Assembly (NCBI GenBank): GCA_963677015.1
Contig: OY781533.1
Span: forward strand, 3,265,231 to 3,329,230
Length of the DNA: 64,000 nucleotides
Reading direction: 5' to 3'
Source of the DNA: Planctomycetota bacterium
GTDB taxonomy: Bacteria; Planctomycetota; SZUA-567
The notes beneath the pieces were generated by a model, which saw only the letters and a list, made by a program, of their open reading frames with translations, did not search any database and was not told the DNA's origin. The stretch's first letter is position 1; every line of letters begins with the position of its first letter. Below are positions 54,907-64,000 of this stretch, piece by piece. A program made the translations under genes and the position numbers.

Positions 54907-56109
54907 ATGGCAAAAGAAACATTCCAGAGAACCAAGCCACACATCAACGTTGGTACAATTGGTCACGTTGACCATGGTAAGACAACAACAACTGCGGCTC
55001 TTACAACTGTATCTGCTAATCTTTACGGCGGTGCGGCTATTGCTTATGATGAAGTTGCTAAGGCTTCTGAATCACAGGGTCGTCGTGATGCTACCAAGAT
55101 TCTTACTATCGCTACTTCACACGTTGAATACGAATCTGAAAACCGTCACTACGCTCACGTTGACTGCCCAGGTCACGCTGACTACGTAAAGAACATGATT
55201 ACCGGTGCGGCTCAGATGGACGGCGCTATTCTTGTTGTTGAAGCTCCATCAGGACCTATGCCACAGACTCGTGAGCACATCCTTCTTGCCCGTCAGGTAG
55301 CAGTGCCAAAGGTACTTGTTTTCCTTAACAAGTGCGACCTGATGGAAGGTGAAGAAGAGCTTGTTGAGCTTGTAGAGATGGAGATCCGTGAGCTTTTGAG
55401 CAAGTATGATTTCCCAGGGGATGATCTTCCAATCATCAGAGGTTCTGCTCTTAAGGCTATTGAGAATCCAGATGACGAGACCAGCGGCATCAAGCTTCTT
55501 CTTGACACTATGGACGAGTACTTCGATATTCCAGAGCGTGAAGATGACAAGCCTTTCCTAATGCCTATCGAGGACGTATTCAGCATCAAGGGTCGTGGTA
55601 CAGTAGTAACCGGTCGTGTAGAGCGTGGTACTATCAAGATGCAGGACAAGGTACAGATCGTTGGTCTGGGTGTAACTCAGGAAACAGTATGTACAGGTGT
55701 TGAGATGTTCCAGAAGACACTTGATCAGGGTGTTCCAGGTGATAACCTTGGTGTTCTTCTTCGTGGTATTGAGAAGAGTGCGGTAACCCGCGGTATGGTA
55801 CTTTGTGCGCCAAACAGCATTACTCCACACAAGAAGTTCAAGGGTGAGGTATATGTGCTGACTTCAGAAGAAGGTGGTCGTCACACTCCATTCTTCAGCG
55901 GTTACCGTCCACAGTTCTACTTCCGTACAACCGACGTAACCGGTAAGGCAATCCTTCCTGAAGGTGTAGAGATGGTAATGCCTGGTGATAACATCACTAT
56001 GGATATCGAACTTATCGATGCTATCGCTATGGAAGAACAGCTGCGTTTTGCTATCCGTGAAGGCGGCAGAACTGTTGGTTCTGGTGTTGTTACCACAATC
56101 ATCGAGTAG
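54907..56109 (+). CDS. tuf: Translation elongation factor Tu
   Basis: 400 aa. [56 protein letters not shown]. Confidence 0.97.
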   Translation: MAKETFQRTKPHINVGTIGHVDHGKTTTTAALTTVSANLYGGAAIAYDEVAKASESQGRRDATKILTIATSHVEYESENRHYAHVDCPGHADYVKNMITGAAQMDGAILVVEAPSGPMPQTREHILLARQVAVPKVLVFLNKCDLMEGEEELVELVEMEIRELLSKYDFPGDDLPIIRGSALKAIENPDDETSGIKLLLDTMDEYFDIPEREDDKPFLMPIEDVFSIKGRGTVVTGRVERGTIKMQDKVQIVGLGVTQETVCTGVEMFQKTLDQGVPGDNLGVLLRGIEKSAVTRGMVLCAPNSITPHKKFKGEVYVLTSEEGGRHTPFFSGYRPQFYFRTTDVTGKAILPEGVEMVMPGDNITMDIELIDAIAMEEQLRFAIREGGRTVGSGVVTTIIE

Positions 56110-56274
56110 TTAACTTTAATATTTTCTGCAGGGCGGCAGAAGCAGGTTACTTCCCGTCCTGCAGTGCATATATTTCAAGATAGAGATATTGCACTTTTTG
56201 AACCGTCTCTAGTCAAAACTGGGATTGCAACGCAATAACTGACAACGAGAGACACAACATATTAGGAGATTAAT

Positions 56275-56589
56275 ATGGCGGAAAAGATTCGCATCCGCAT
56301 GAAGGCTTATGATCACGATATCCTTGATTCATGGAGCAAGAAAATTGTCGAAGCAGCTAAGAGTACAGGAGCCCGCGTTGCCGGTCCTATTCCACTTCCA
56401 ACCCGCATCGAGAAATACTGTGTACTGCGTAGTCCACACGTAAACAAGAAGAGTCGTGAACAGTTTGAAATCCGTACACACAAGCGAGTAGTTTACATCA
56501 CCGAGTTTTCACCATCAACTATCGATGTAATCAGCAAGGTTATTCCACCTCGCGGTGTAGACCTCAATGTTAAACAGTTCTCATCCTGA
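56275..56589 (+). CDS. rpsJ: 30S ribosomal protein S10
   Basis: 104 aa. [15 protein letters not shown]...[35 protein letters not shown] is the canonical S10 sequence. Confidence 0.95.
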   Translation: MAEKIRIRMKAYDHDILDSWSKKIVEAAKSTGARVAGPIPLPTRIEKYCVLRSPHVNKKSREQFEIRTHKRVVYITEFSPSTIDVISKVIPPRGVDLNVKQFSS

Positions 56590-56742
56590 GTTATTTCCAG
56601 ATAAACTCTGATTTTATAATTTCAGGAATATTAATTATATTACTGCATTGAGTATTGCTAACAGGTATTGCTGTACTCTATGCAATACCGCAACTCTATT
56701 AATATTTATTACCGCTGATTCGTTCAGCGAAAGGAGGCAAAT

Positions 56743-57387
56743 ATGTGGCGAGGAATTCTAGGTAAAAAACTGGGAATGACTCAATTCTTCACCGAAGATG
56801 GAAAGCGTGTTGGCGTTACTGTTCTTGAAGCAGGCCCATGCCCGGTTCTTCAGGTAAAGACTCAGGAAACAGACGGCTACGATGCTATTCAGCTTGGCTT
56901 TGATGAAAAGAAAGAAAAGAACAGCACCAAGGCAATCATCGGTCACTGCCAGAAGACCGGAAACAAACCTATGCGTTTCATCCGTGAAATCCGTCTGCGC
57001 GAAGCAAAACCGGAGATTGAAGCCGGTCAGGTTATCACCCTTGAAGGGTGGGACGAAGTAGCTGAGGTTCAGGTTACCAGCAAGAGCAAAGGTAAGGGTT
57101 TCGCCGGTGTTATGAAGCGTTTCAACTTCCATGGTCTGCGTGCTACTCATGGTGTTAAGACCAATCACCGTCACGGTGGTTCTATCGGTTCTCTGACTCC
57201 AACCCGTACTGTACTTGGTACTGAGATGCCAGGCCAGATGGGTAATGCCTGGGTAACTCAGAAGGGTCTTAAAGTTGCCAAGATCGACACTGAAAAGAAC
57301 CTGATTTTAGTACAGGGTTCTGTACCTGGAGCAAACGGCGCACATGTAATCATCCGCCCTGCTCAGCCATACGTACCAGGTGTTTAA
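56743..57387 (+). CDS. rplC: 50S ribosomal protein L3
   Basis: 214 aa. GILGKKLGMTQFFTEDGK...VTSKSKGKGFAGVMKRFNF....ATHG...HRHGGSIG is canonical L3. AAAGGAGG RBS. Confidence 0.93.
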   Translation: MWRGILGKKLGMTQFFTEDGKRVGVTVLEAGPCPVLQVKTQETDGYDAIQLGFDEKKEKNSTKAIIGHCQKTGNKPMRFIREIRLREAKPEIEAGQVITLEGWDEVAEVQVTSKSKGKGFAGVMKRFNFHGLRATHGVKTNHRHGGSIGSLTPTRTVLGTEMPGQMGNAWVTQKGLKVAKIDTEKNLILVQGSVPGANGAHVIIRPAQPYVPGV

Positions 57388-57422
57388 GTTCCCAGAACTT
57401 ACCGCACAATCATTTATTAGAT

Positions 57423-57454
57423 AAAACCCTGCTTTTAACCAAGCAGGGTTTTAT
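57423..57454 (+). terminator. Rho-independent terminator directly after rplC
   Basis: Perfect 12-bp stem AAAACCCTGCTT / AAGCAGGGTTTT with a 6-nt loop, 36 nt after the rplC stop. Confidence 0.75.
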
Positions 57455-57556
57455 CTAATAAAGACAATATGTTTGCAAACTACAACCTTGCATTACCAGA
57501 CATTCAACATATAATCTGTAGTTATAAGTATCCAATTATTTAAGGAGAAAACAACA

Positions 57557-57982
57557 ATGACCAAAGTAATTTCACCATGCGGTCTGGACTGCTTCAACTG
57601 CAAAGTATATAAAGATAATGTAACACCCGAACTGCAGGAAAAACTTGCAGCAGGCACTCCTTTTACTCCCAAAGACATAAGCTGCGAAGGGTGTAATAAT
57701 GACCACCTCTGCATCTCTCTGGAACTTCAGGGAAAAGACTGCCAGACCCGTGACTGCGCACACGCGAAGAAAATCAGCTACTGCTTTGAATGTGACGATT
57801 TTCCCTGTGCCCTACTAATGCCTACAGCGGATGGTGCCGCAATATTTCCACATAACACCAAACTATATAACCTCTGCCTGATGCGAAAACTGGGGGTTGA
57901 CAAATGGAGTGAGATCGCAGCTGAAATCAATCACAAATACTTCAATACCAGCTTTGAAATCGGCAAAGGTGCAGCGGAATAA
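57557..57982 (+). CDS. Cys-rich DUF3795-like protein
   Basis: 141 aa. CGLDCFNCKVY ... CEGCNND..C......CQTRDCA..KKISYCFECDDFPC follows the DUF3795 cysteine pattern as I recall it. AAGGAG RBS. Confidence 0.5.
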   Translation: MTKVISPCGLDCFNCKVYKDNVTPELQEKLAAGTPFTPKDISCEGCNNDHLCISLELQGKDCQTRDCAHAKKISYCFECDDFPCALLMPTADGAAIFPHNTKLYNLCLMRKLGVDKWSEIAAEINHKYFNTSFEIGKGAAE

Positions 57983-58063
57983 CCAGAAGCTATCCTGACT
58001 GCTCAGTTTTTTATCGAGCGCCAAATATCTCTCGACAACCAGAGACGTGATAAAACAGCAATA

Positions 58064-61000
58064 TCAACAGTTAATACAGACCATATTACGTCCGTTATTC
58101 TTGGCATTATATAAAGCCTTATCAGCTCTTTCAATCAGATTCTCTGGCGAATCATTTGGCGCTACCACACTTATCCCCATACTGGCAGTTATACCGCTGG
58201 TACAGCGAAATTCATAAAGTTCAATATACCGGCGCAACTTCTGCGCCACCCCCTGAATATTAATACTATCGGTCTCCGGACAAATGATAAGAAATTCTTC
58301 ACCGCCCCAACGACCGATCACATCGGTACTACGGGTATTAATACGCAGAATATGCGCCAGCTCCACCAGTACTTCATCACCTATACGATGCCCGTAACTG
58401 TCATTTACCGCTTTGAAATGATCTATATCCAGAAGAATAATACCAAACTCATGACCAAACCTCTCAAACCGGTTTATCTCTGAAAGCAGAGAACGATCCA
58501 ATTTTGTACGGTTATTCAGACCTGTAAGTTTATCGGTAATGGCCAGTTGCTTCAGAGCAACATTTTTTCTTTCCAGCTCCTCCTTGAGATCACTCAGCTC
58601 AGTATTGCGTACAGTCAGGGCAGAGTTGGCAAGAGTCAGACTTTTATTATACCTGCGGGTTGAAACAACGTTGTAGAGCAAAAGACACAGAATAACCAGG
58701 ACTACACCACCGATCTTCCAAAGCAGTCCCCAATCAACCACATACTGCAGGTCAACAGCATACCAGCGCCGCAGTATCTGATTTCTGGTCTGCTCATCAA
58801 CACTGGCAATAACCTTATTCATAATATCGCGCAAGATAACCTCATCTTTGCGCACACCCATTTCAAAATCAACATGCATACCGGTCTGTACAATAATCTT
58901 TACCGCACTCAATCCAGACTCCCGTATTCCACGCGTTACTCTGAGAAGAGGTCCTACAGCCGCATAGAGCGAGCCGTCTTCAACCATACCCAAAACCTCT
59001 GCCAGTGATGCTGCTGTAACCCACTCAATCTGCGGATAACTCCGCTCCAGAAGATTTCGATATGGTGCATCTGCAACAATTCCTACCTTCTTACCCTCTA
59101 GTGAATTCATACCATCAAGATAGATAACATCGCTACCGGCCACGATTACAATATTATCAGACATATACTTATCAGTAAAGTTCATCCTCTCACGCAAGTG
59201 TCTGTTTGAATTTACAAATGACAGAAGGTCACAATCACCTTTACTGACAGCCGCTACAGAATCTTCCCAGCTCCCGGTAGGAACAATCTGCACCGGAACC
59301 GGTAGTTCTTTTCTGAAGATATCAATAAAGTCAGCCGCTACTCCTTTATAACCATCTGTGTTATTATACTTCTCATACGGCATATAATCAGGATGAACAC
59401 AAAGCTTCAAAACACCTTTACGATGCAGATAATTTTCCTCTTCTGCGGTAAACATGATTTTCCGTACATTCTTCCGTTCATTGAACTTTAGCCATTTATT
59501 CTGCAATTCCAGCAACGTCTGGTGATCAATATCAGCCATCGCTTTAGAAATAATACGCTGCAATATCTCCCAGTCCTTACGTACGCCAATACATAAGTTA
59601 AAATACTGCTCACCAGCCAGGTGCACCTCAGCAGAAACACTCAGATTACTAAACATATGCTTACCGATAAGATAATCAATCACTGCAAGCTCTCCAACTG
59701 TCGCATCAGCCTGTTTATAGGCAACAGCCTTGAGCGCATCAATAATATCATTGACCTCAAGGATTTTAACCTTCGGATAATCCCGCTTAATTATTCCCTC
59801 GTAAAAGAAGCCTTTAGGGATAGCAATAACCTTCCCTTCAAGCTGCGTAACACTCAATATTATATTATCCTTATTACTGACTATCACCGTTGGATTAGAA
59901 ACATAAGGATCGGTAAAACGGATATAATCCCGCCTTAGCTCGGTATTAACGATATTAAGCATCACATCAAGCTTCTTATTCCTGATCATCCCGAGAAAAT
60001 CATTCCACGTCGGGCCGGTTACATACTCCACAAAGAACCCTGCCTTACGCGCAATGAGATTCATATAATCAATAGAAAATCCTTTCGGAATATTATTCTC
60101 GTTAAAATTGAATGGCGGCCAGTTAACCTCATTATGAACCCTGATTACCCGGTGTTTGGCAAGAAACTGCTCCTCTTCAGGTGAGAGATGCAGAGGATTG
60201 AACATATCACTATTCTGCGCACACCACTTCTCTTTCAGTGAAAAAAGCTCCTTATAGCTGAGTGCTGAAATAGCTTTGTCAAGCGCACTGCGCAGCTGCG
60301 GCCAATCGTACCGCACCGCAATTCTCGATCTGGCATCAATATCACCTTTAAGTCTCTGCTCACCCGAAATTTTCAGTGTATGCAGACCATTGTTAACCAT
60401 CAAATGCTGCATCACCAGACCTGTACCGATAGTCGCATCAGCTTTACCGTCAGCCACGGCCAAAAGATTCTCCAGAGCACTGCGAGTATAATAAAGCTTT
60501 ATTTCAGGATAATAACGCTTCATAATTTCTTCATGCCAGGACCCCTGTGCAACCGCAAGCACACGCCCATTTAAAGACTCAAGAGATGAATAAGAATCAT
60601 TGATTCGGCTAGTAATCGAAGGATACTCATTGATAATTGGCGCGGTAAAGAGCGCAAATTTATTACGCTGCGAAGTCTGTACCATATTCGCTATAACATC
60701 AAGCTGCCTGGTTTTTAGCATATCAACAAACTCATTCCAGGTCGGTCCAGTTACAAATTTTACTTCAAAACCAAGCTTATGTGCCAGAATTTTCATAAGA
60801 TCCACAGTGAAACCCTGCGGTTCTCCCCTGCGATTAAAATTAAATGGAGTCCAATTCTGTTCATTATGCACCCTGATTACCGGATGATTACGGATAAACT
60901 CCTTCTCTTCACGGCTTAACTCAATTTGATGCTTGGTTTTATAACCGCTATCCAGCCATTTATCCTTTAATGCCATTTCTTCTTTAAAGGTCACACTACG

Positions 61001-61786
61001 GATAGCTTTATTAAGAATACTCTGCAAAAGCGGCCAGTCACTGCGCACTCCAATACCCGCAAAATAACGCTCCAAAGCCTGCAGCTTCGCCTCACCCGCC
61101 AACTTGATACCGGTAAAATTGCTATCATGCCAGATAGCCTTGAGTACAACCGGATTGCCAACAGTACCATCAGCCTCACCCAATGCTACCGCCTTTACCG
61201 CTTCGACATTATTTGCAACCGGCAAAATAAAAATATCAGGATAATTCTGACGTAGAGCGTCTTCATACCACTGCCCCTTTACGACCGCCACCGTCTTACC
61301 CGACATATCGGACAAACCGGAATAATCGGCATCCTGTTTTACCAGAACAGCCGGGACAAACTTGATGATTGGTTCAGTAAAAAGCACAAATTTTTCAAGA
61401 TTACTGCTACGGGAAAAATTCGGAATAATATCAATATTATGCTGCTTGAGCATTTCTGTCGCTTCTTCCCAGCTGGGACCACTGACATAACCGAACTTAA
61501 TCCCTATTTTTTCACCTAATAACTCCAGGTAATCTATAGTATAACCCTGCGCCACACCATGCCTGAAATAATTAAAAGGAATCCAGTAACGATCATTATA
61601 AACCGTAATCAGAGGATGCTCCCTGATAAATTTTTCTTCCTGCTGTGTAAACTCCAACCCTCCCGCCTGAGCAACAGCAGCAGTAAAAAGTGTAGAAAAA
61701 ACCAGCAGAATCAAGAGTATTCTGCTTTTACCGGTAAAGTATTCTCTACTCGCTAATCCAAACCAACTAATAATATCCATAAACAT
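58064..61786 (-). CDS. Sensor diguanylate cyclase: four tandem periplasmic family-3 solute-binding domains, one TM helix, GGDEF domain
   Basis: 1240 aa. Four repeats of about 240 aa each open with (F/L)(T/S).EE..(F/Y)(I/L)..H..I.V and contain GP(S/T)W(E/N)(E/D). TM helix GLLWKIGGVVLVILCLLLYNVV, a coiled coil, then GGDEF with the I-site (RSTDVIGRWGGEEF). Confidence 0.85.
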   Translation of the reverse strand: MFMDIISWFGLASREYFTGKSRILLILLVFSTLFTAAVAQAGGLEFTQQEEKFIREHPLITVYNDRYWIPFNYFRHGVAQGYTIDYLELLGEKIGIKFGYVSGPSWEEATEMLKQHNIDIIPNFSRSSNLEKFVLFTEPIIKFVPAVLVKQDADYSGLSDMSGKTVAVVKGQWYEDALRQNYPDIFILPVANNVEAVKAVALGEADGTVGNPVVLKAIWHDSNFTGIKLAGEAKLQALERYFAGIGVRSDWPLLQSILNKAIRSVTFKEEMALKDKWLDSGYKTKHQIELSREEKEFIRNHPVIRVHNEQNWTPFNFNRRGEPQGFTVDLMKILAHKLGFEVKFVTGPTWNEFVDMLKTRQLDVIANMVQTSQRNKFALFTAPIINEYPSITSRINDSYSSLESLNGRVLAVAQGSWHEEIMKRYYPEIKLYYTRSALENLLAVADGKADATIGTGLVMQHLMVNNGLHTLKISGEQRLKGDIDARSRIAVRYDWPQLRSALDKAISALSYKELFSLKEKWCAQNSDMFNPLHLSPEEEQFLAKHRVIRVHNEVNWPPFNFNENNIPKGFSIDYMNLIARKAGFFVEYVTGPTWNDFLGMIRNKKLDVMLNIVNTELRRDYIRFTDPYVSNPTVIVSNKDNIILSVTQLEGKVIAIPKGFFYEGIIKRDYPKVKILEVNDIIDALKAVAYKQADATVGELAVIDYLIGKHMFSNLSVSAEVHLAGEQYFNLCIGVRKDWEILQRIISKAMADIDHQTLLELQNKWLKFNERKNVRKIMFTAEEENYLHRKGVLKLCVHPDYMPYEKYNNTDGYKGVAADFIDIFRKELPVPVQIVPTGSWEDSVAAVSKGDCDLLSFVNSNRHLRERMNFTDKYMSDNIVIVAGSDVIYLDGMNSLEGKKVGIVADAPYRNLLERSYPQIEWVTAASLAEVLGMVEDGSLYAAVGPLLRVTRGIRESGLSAVKIIVQTGMHVDFEMGVRKDEVILRDIMNKVIASVDEQTRNQILRRWYAVDLQYVVDWGLLWKIGGVVLVILCLLLYNVVSTRRYNKSLTLANSALTVRNTELSDLKEELERKNVALKQLAITDKLTGLNNRTKLDRSLLSEINRFERFGHEFGIILLDIDHFKAVNDSYGHRIGDEVLVELAHILRINTRSTDVIGRWGGEEFLIICPETDSINIQGVAQKLRRYIELYEFRCTSGITASMGISVVAPNDSPENLIERADKALYNAKNNGRNMVCINC

Positions 61787-61926
61787 CCTAAGATATTAAC
61801 AAAATATATAATGAGTCTGAGTTCTACAATCTGACTTGTAAAACACTCATAATTTTAACAGATATTATAATAGTTTAATAACATAAAAAATTATCTCAAG
61901 TAGTTTTATTAATTAGATATACAAGT

Positions 61927-61955
61927 AAAAGGGCCGCTCTGAAGCAGCCCTTTTG
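61927..61955 (-). terminator. Probable rho-independent terminator downstream of the YibE/F gene
   Basis: On the minus strand the hairpin is AAAAGGGCTGC-ttcaga-GCGGCCCTTTT with one mismatch, followed by a T-run. It begins 29 nt after the YibE/F stop. Confidence 0.5.
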
Positions 61956-61983
61956 AAAATATAAGCCTATGCCTGAATCAATA

Positions 61984-63102
61984 TTACTTACGCACCAGTA
62001 CAAACCCGCCGACGACAGCAGTAAATGGCGCAACAGCTACCAGACCAAAACTTCCAACCAGAGTTTTTAATACCTCAGCAGCGACATAGATAAAATTAAA
62101 AGTTGCTCCCAACGGTATCCCCTGAGCAAAGAAGGCCATCAGCATTGTTACATAGCCACCGGAATACGCCAGCAGCAATGTCGTTGTCATTGTTCCCACA
62201 ACCGACCGCCCCACACGGATACCGCACCAGATCAGTTCACGCCTGCTGATATCCGGATTCTCACTTACGACCTCGCGCATACTCGCAGCCACATCCATAG
62301 CCAGATCCATCACCGCCCCTGAAGATGCGACAAAAACCCCGGCCATAAATATATGTGTCAGATTCAGATGATTATAACCGGCATAGAGCAGAGTCTCGGC
62401 AAAAGGCATCACCGCACCATGAACATGCAGCTTGGTAGTAAATATAATAGCCAGAATACAGCTTGTAAAAACACCTAAAAACGCACCAATAAACGCCGTC
62501 AGTCCTATACGGCTGACACCGCCGACCAGAAAAATAATTACGGCACACAATATTGTTACCGCCACCAGCGCAAACCAAACCGGCTCAACCCCGGCAAGCA
62601 GCTGCGGAATCATTACCCGCCAGATAAGCATACCGGTAAAGACAAATGAGAGCAACGCCTTTAGTCCGGTAATACCGCCAAACAAAATCAGCAAACCGGC
62701 AAAAAGTCCAAACAACAGCAACTCAAACCCAAGGCGGTAATGTGCCTGCGGATTAACAAACACTACCTCTCTGTCACTGTTCACCGTCAATATCACATAC
62801 GCCGTATCACCGGGTTTGAACAGCTTATCTCTGTCGAGCTGACCCAGAAGCTGATTATTCGCATCATATTCCTTTCCTGCAAATTCCCCGCCATCTACAC
62901 GCACGGTTATCAGCTGCTCACCTTTTAGTATCAGGCCATAATTTGTAATTTCAGAATTATCCACCTTTACAACAGTCGCAGTACACCTGACCGCACCATC
63001 ATCCCGATGATCAAATTTATTAGGCAAAAAATATAACCCTACAGTCAACATAATAAAGACTGCCAGCATTATAATATCTTTTTTATATTTCATAATTATC
63101 AT
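61984..63102 (-). CDS. YibE/F-family integral membrane protein
   Basis: 372 aa. N-terminal anchor plus an extracytoplasmic beta-rich region, then ~7 TM helices with the characteristic SSGAVMDLAMDVAASMREV segment. Confidence 0.72.
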   Translation of the reverse strand: MIIMKYKKDIIMLAVFIMLTVGLYFLPNKFDHRDDGAVRCTATVVKVDNSEITNYGLILKGEQLITVRVDGGEFAGKEYDANNQLLGQLDRDKLFKPGDTAYVILTVNSDREVVFVNPQAHYRLGFELLLFGLFAGLLILFGGITGLKALLSFVFTGMLIWRVMIPQLLAGVEPVWFALVAVTILCAVIIFLVGGVSRIGLTAFIGAFLGVFTSCILAIIFTTKLHVHGAVMPFAETLLYAGYNHLNLTHIFMAGVFVASSGAVMDLAMDVAASMREVVSENPDISRRELIWCGIRVGRSVVGTMTTTLLLAYSGGYVTMLMAFFAQGIPLGATFNFIYVAAEVLKTLVGSFGLVAVAPFTAVVGGFVLVRK

Positions 63103-63173
63103 CTTCTAATAAAATAAGAGTGGACAAGTGACACAGCACAAGTCCACTCCCGAAATTGAATATCGGTATACGT

Positions 63174-64000
63174 CTAGTTCTGCACACCCATTGCATTCAT
63201 CATTTTCCTGGCAACATCAATATTATCGTAACTACCGTTAAAGCTTGTTTCATTTACACCGATTGCTGAGGTTGAAACCGGCACACCTGTATGTTTATAG
63301 GAAGTCCAGGCAAGTCCCGCTTTCTGATTCAGAAGATGCGTAATTGTTACCGCAAGAGGATTATATTCACCGTAAATCAGATACTCCTGTTTATTTTCTT
63401 TCCAGTTATCATTCATACTCCGGTCAAACGCCTCTTTAAGATCAGCGATTTCAAAATCTGTAAGCACTGCCGGATCATTTTTATCACCACTGAATTTCAG
63501 ACCAAATTCATCAGTAATGATCTTCTTCATATCATCAAATGTTCCATTGGTTTTCTTAAACTCTTTCATTGTCACATCTGTAAATTTCTGGAAAGACTCT
63601 TTCTGATTTCCAAGGACTGCAAAATGTGAAGCATACTTGGTACCAGCAAAGCCAAGAGTCAAGCCACCACACTCATGGTCACCGGTTACAACAATGAGAG
63701 TATCATTAGGGTGCTTCTTATAAAAATCAAGTGCAACCTTTACAGAATCATCAAATGATTTAGTATTAAGAATAGCTGCTGTTGCATCATTGGCATGACA
63801 GGCCCAGTCAATCTTACCACCTTCAACCATCAGGAAAAATCCTTTATCGTTATCCAGCATCTCAACAGCTTTTTTAGTGAATTCTGGCAGAGTAATATCA
63901 TTTTCTGTCATATCCATTACATATGGCAAAGCTTTTCCATCCTGCAACCAGGCATTCCAGGCAATAACCTTGCCGTCACTAGGCTTAAGAGACATAAAGT
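63174..64000 (-). CDS. Alkaline phosphatase (PhoA family), N-terminal part outside window
   Basis: FFLMVEGGKIDWACHANDA and LIVVTGDHECGGLTLG are the alkaline-phosphatase metal-site motifs. The nucleophile-Ser region is missing and the frame is still open at position 64000, so the gene is truncated by the window. Confidence 0.82.
   Translation of the reverse strand, partial: FMSLKPSDGKVIAWNAWLQDGKALPYVMDMTENDITLPEFTKKAVEMLDNDKGFFLMVEGGKIDWACHANDATAAILNTKSFDDSVKVALDFYKKHPNDTLIVVTGDHECGGLTLGFAGTKYASHFAVLGNQKESFQKFTDVTMKEFKKTNGTFDDMKKIITDEFGLKFSGDKNDPAVLTDFEIADLKEAFDRSMNDNWKENKQEYLIYGEYNPLAVTITHLLNQKAGLAWTSYKHTGVPVSTSAIGVNETSFNGSYDNIDVARKMMNAMGVQN

Noticed and set aside
56126-56163. Hairpin CTGCAGG...CCTGCAG after tuf as a terminator
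   Set aside because: The stem is real but no U-tract follows and rpsJ lies 110 nt downstream. I did not call it as a terminator. It could be a processing or attenuation element, but the evidence is insufficient.
1-64000. CRISPR arrays, rRNA genes, IS elements/transposases
   Set aside because: I found no short regularly spaced repeats, no rRNA-like sequence and no transposase-like ORF. The only long DNA repeat is the 304-bp tandem duplication at 8202..8812.

Overview
Bacterial chromosomal window in two parts. The organism cannot be assigned from sequence alone. The EF-Tu sequence and the PEP-CTERM/exosortase genes suggest a Gram-negative, possibly PVC-group, bacterium. (1) Positions 1 to ~12.3 kb are a visibly AT-rich integrative island inserted at the 3' end of a minus-strand tRNA-Leu(UAA). 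It carries a tyrosine integrase, an excisionase-like HTH protein, a HigA-like HTH protein, a DnaB-type helicase, an HTH initiator-like gene, a perfect 304-bp tandem duplication, a membrane/wHTH protein and a type I R-M operon. In that operon two divergent paralogous membrane proteins of unknown function sit between hsdM and hsdS, and a TIGR02391 (Hypoth_Ymh) gene follows hsdS. hsdR is not in the window. This nested pair is my best candidate for an undescribed R-M-coupled system. (2) The remainder is higher-GC core genome. It encodes a DksA/TraR zinc-finger protein with a histone-H1-like tail, dapF, a CBM9-like lipoprotein, hslU without hslV, and a solitary DPPY methyltransferase. A ~17-kb PEP-CTERM/exosortase exopolysaccharide locus follows: priming phosphotransferase, TPR protein, exosortase-EpsI fusion, Wzc-like protein with degenerate Walker A, Wzy-like protein, GT2-Alg14 fusion plus Alg13-like protein, other transferases, a HAF-repeat PEP-CTERM substrate and a Wza-like exporter. 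Next come phosphoglucomutase, a FrzS-like pseudo-receiver/coiled-coil protein beside a CheA-CheW-REC hybrid kinase, a FucI-family isomerase with an IclR regulator, and a rearranged fusA-lipoprotein-tuf-rpsJ-rplC cluster that terminates after rplC. The window ends with a 4xSBP-GGDEF cyclase, a YibE/F protein and a truncated alkaline phosphatase. No rRNA, CRISPR array or transposase was seen.
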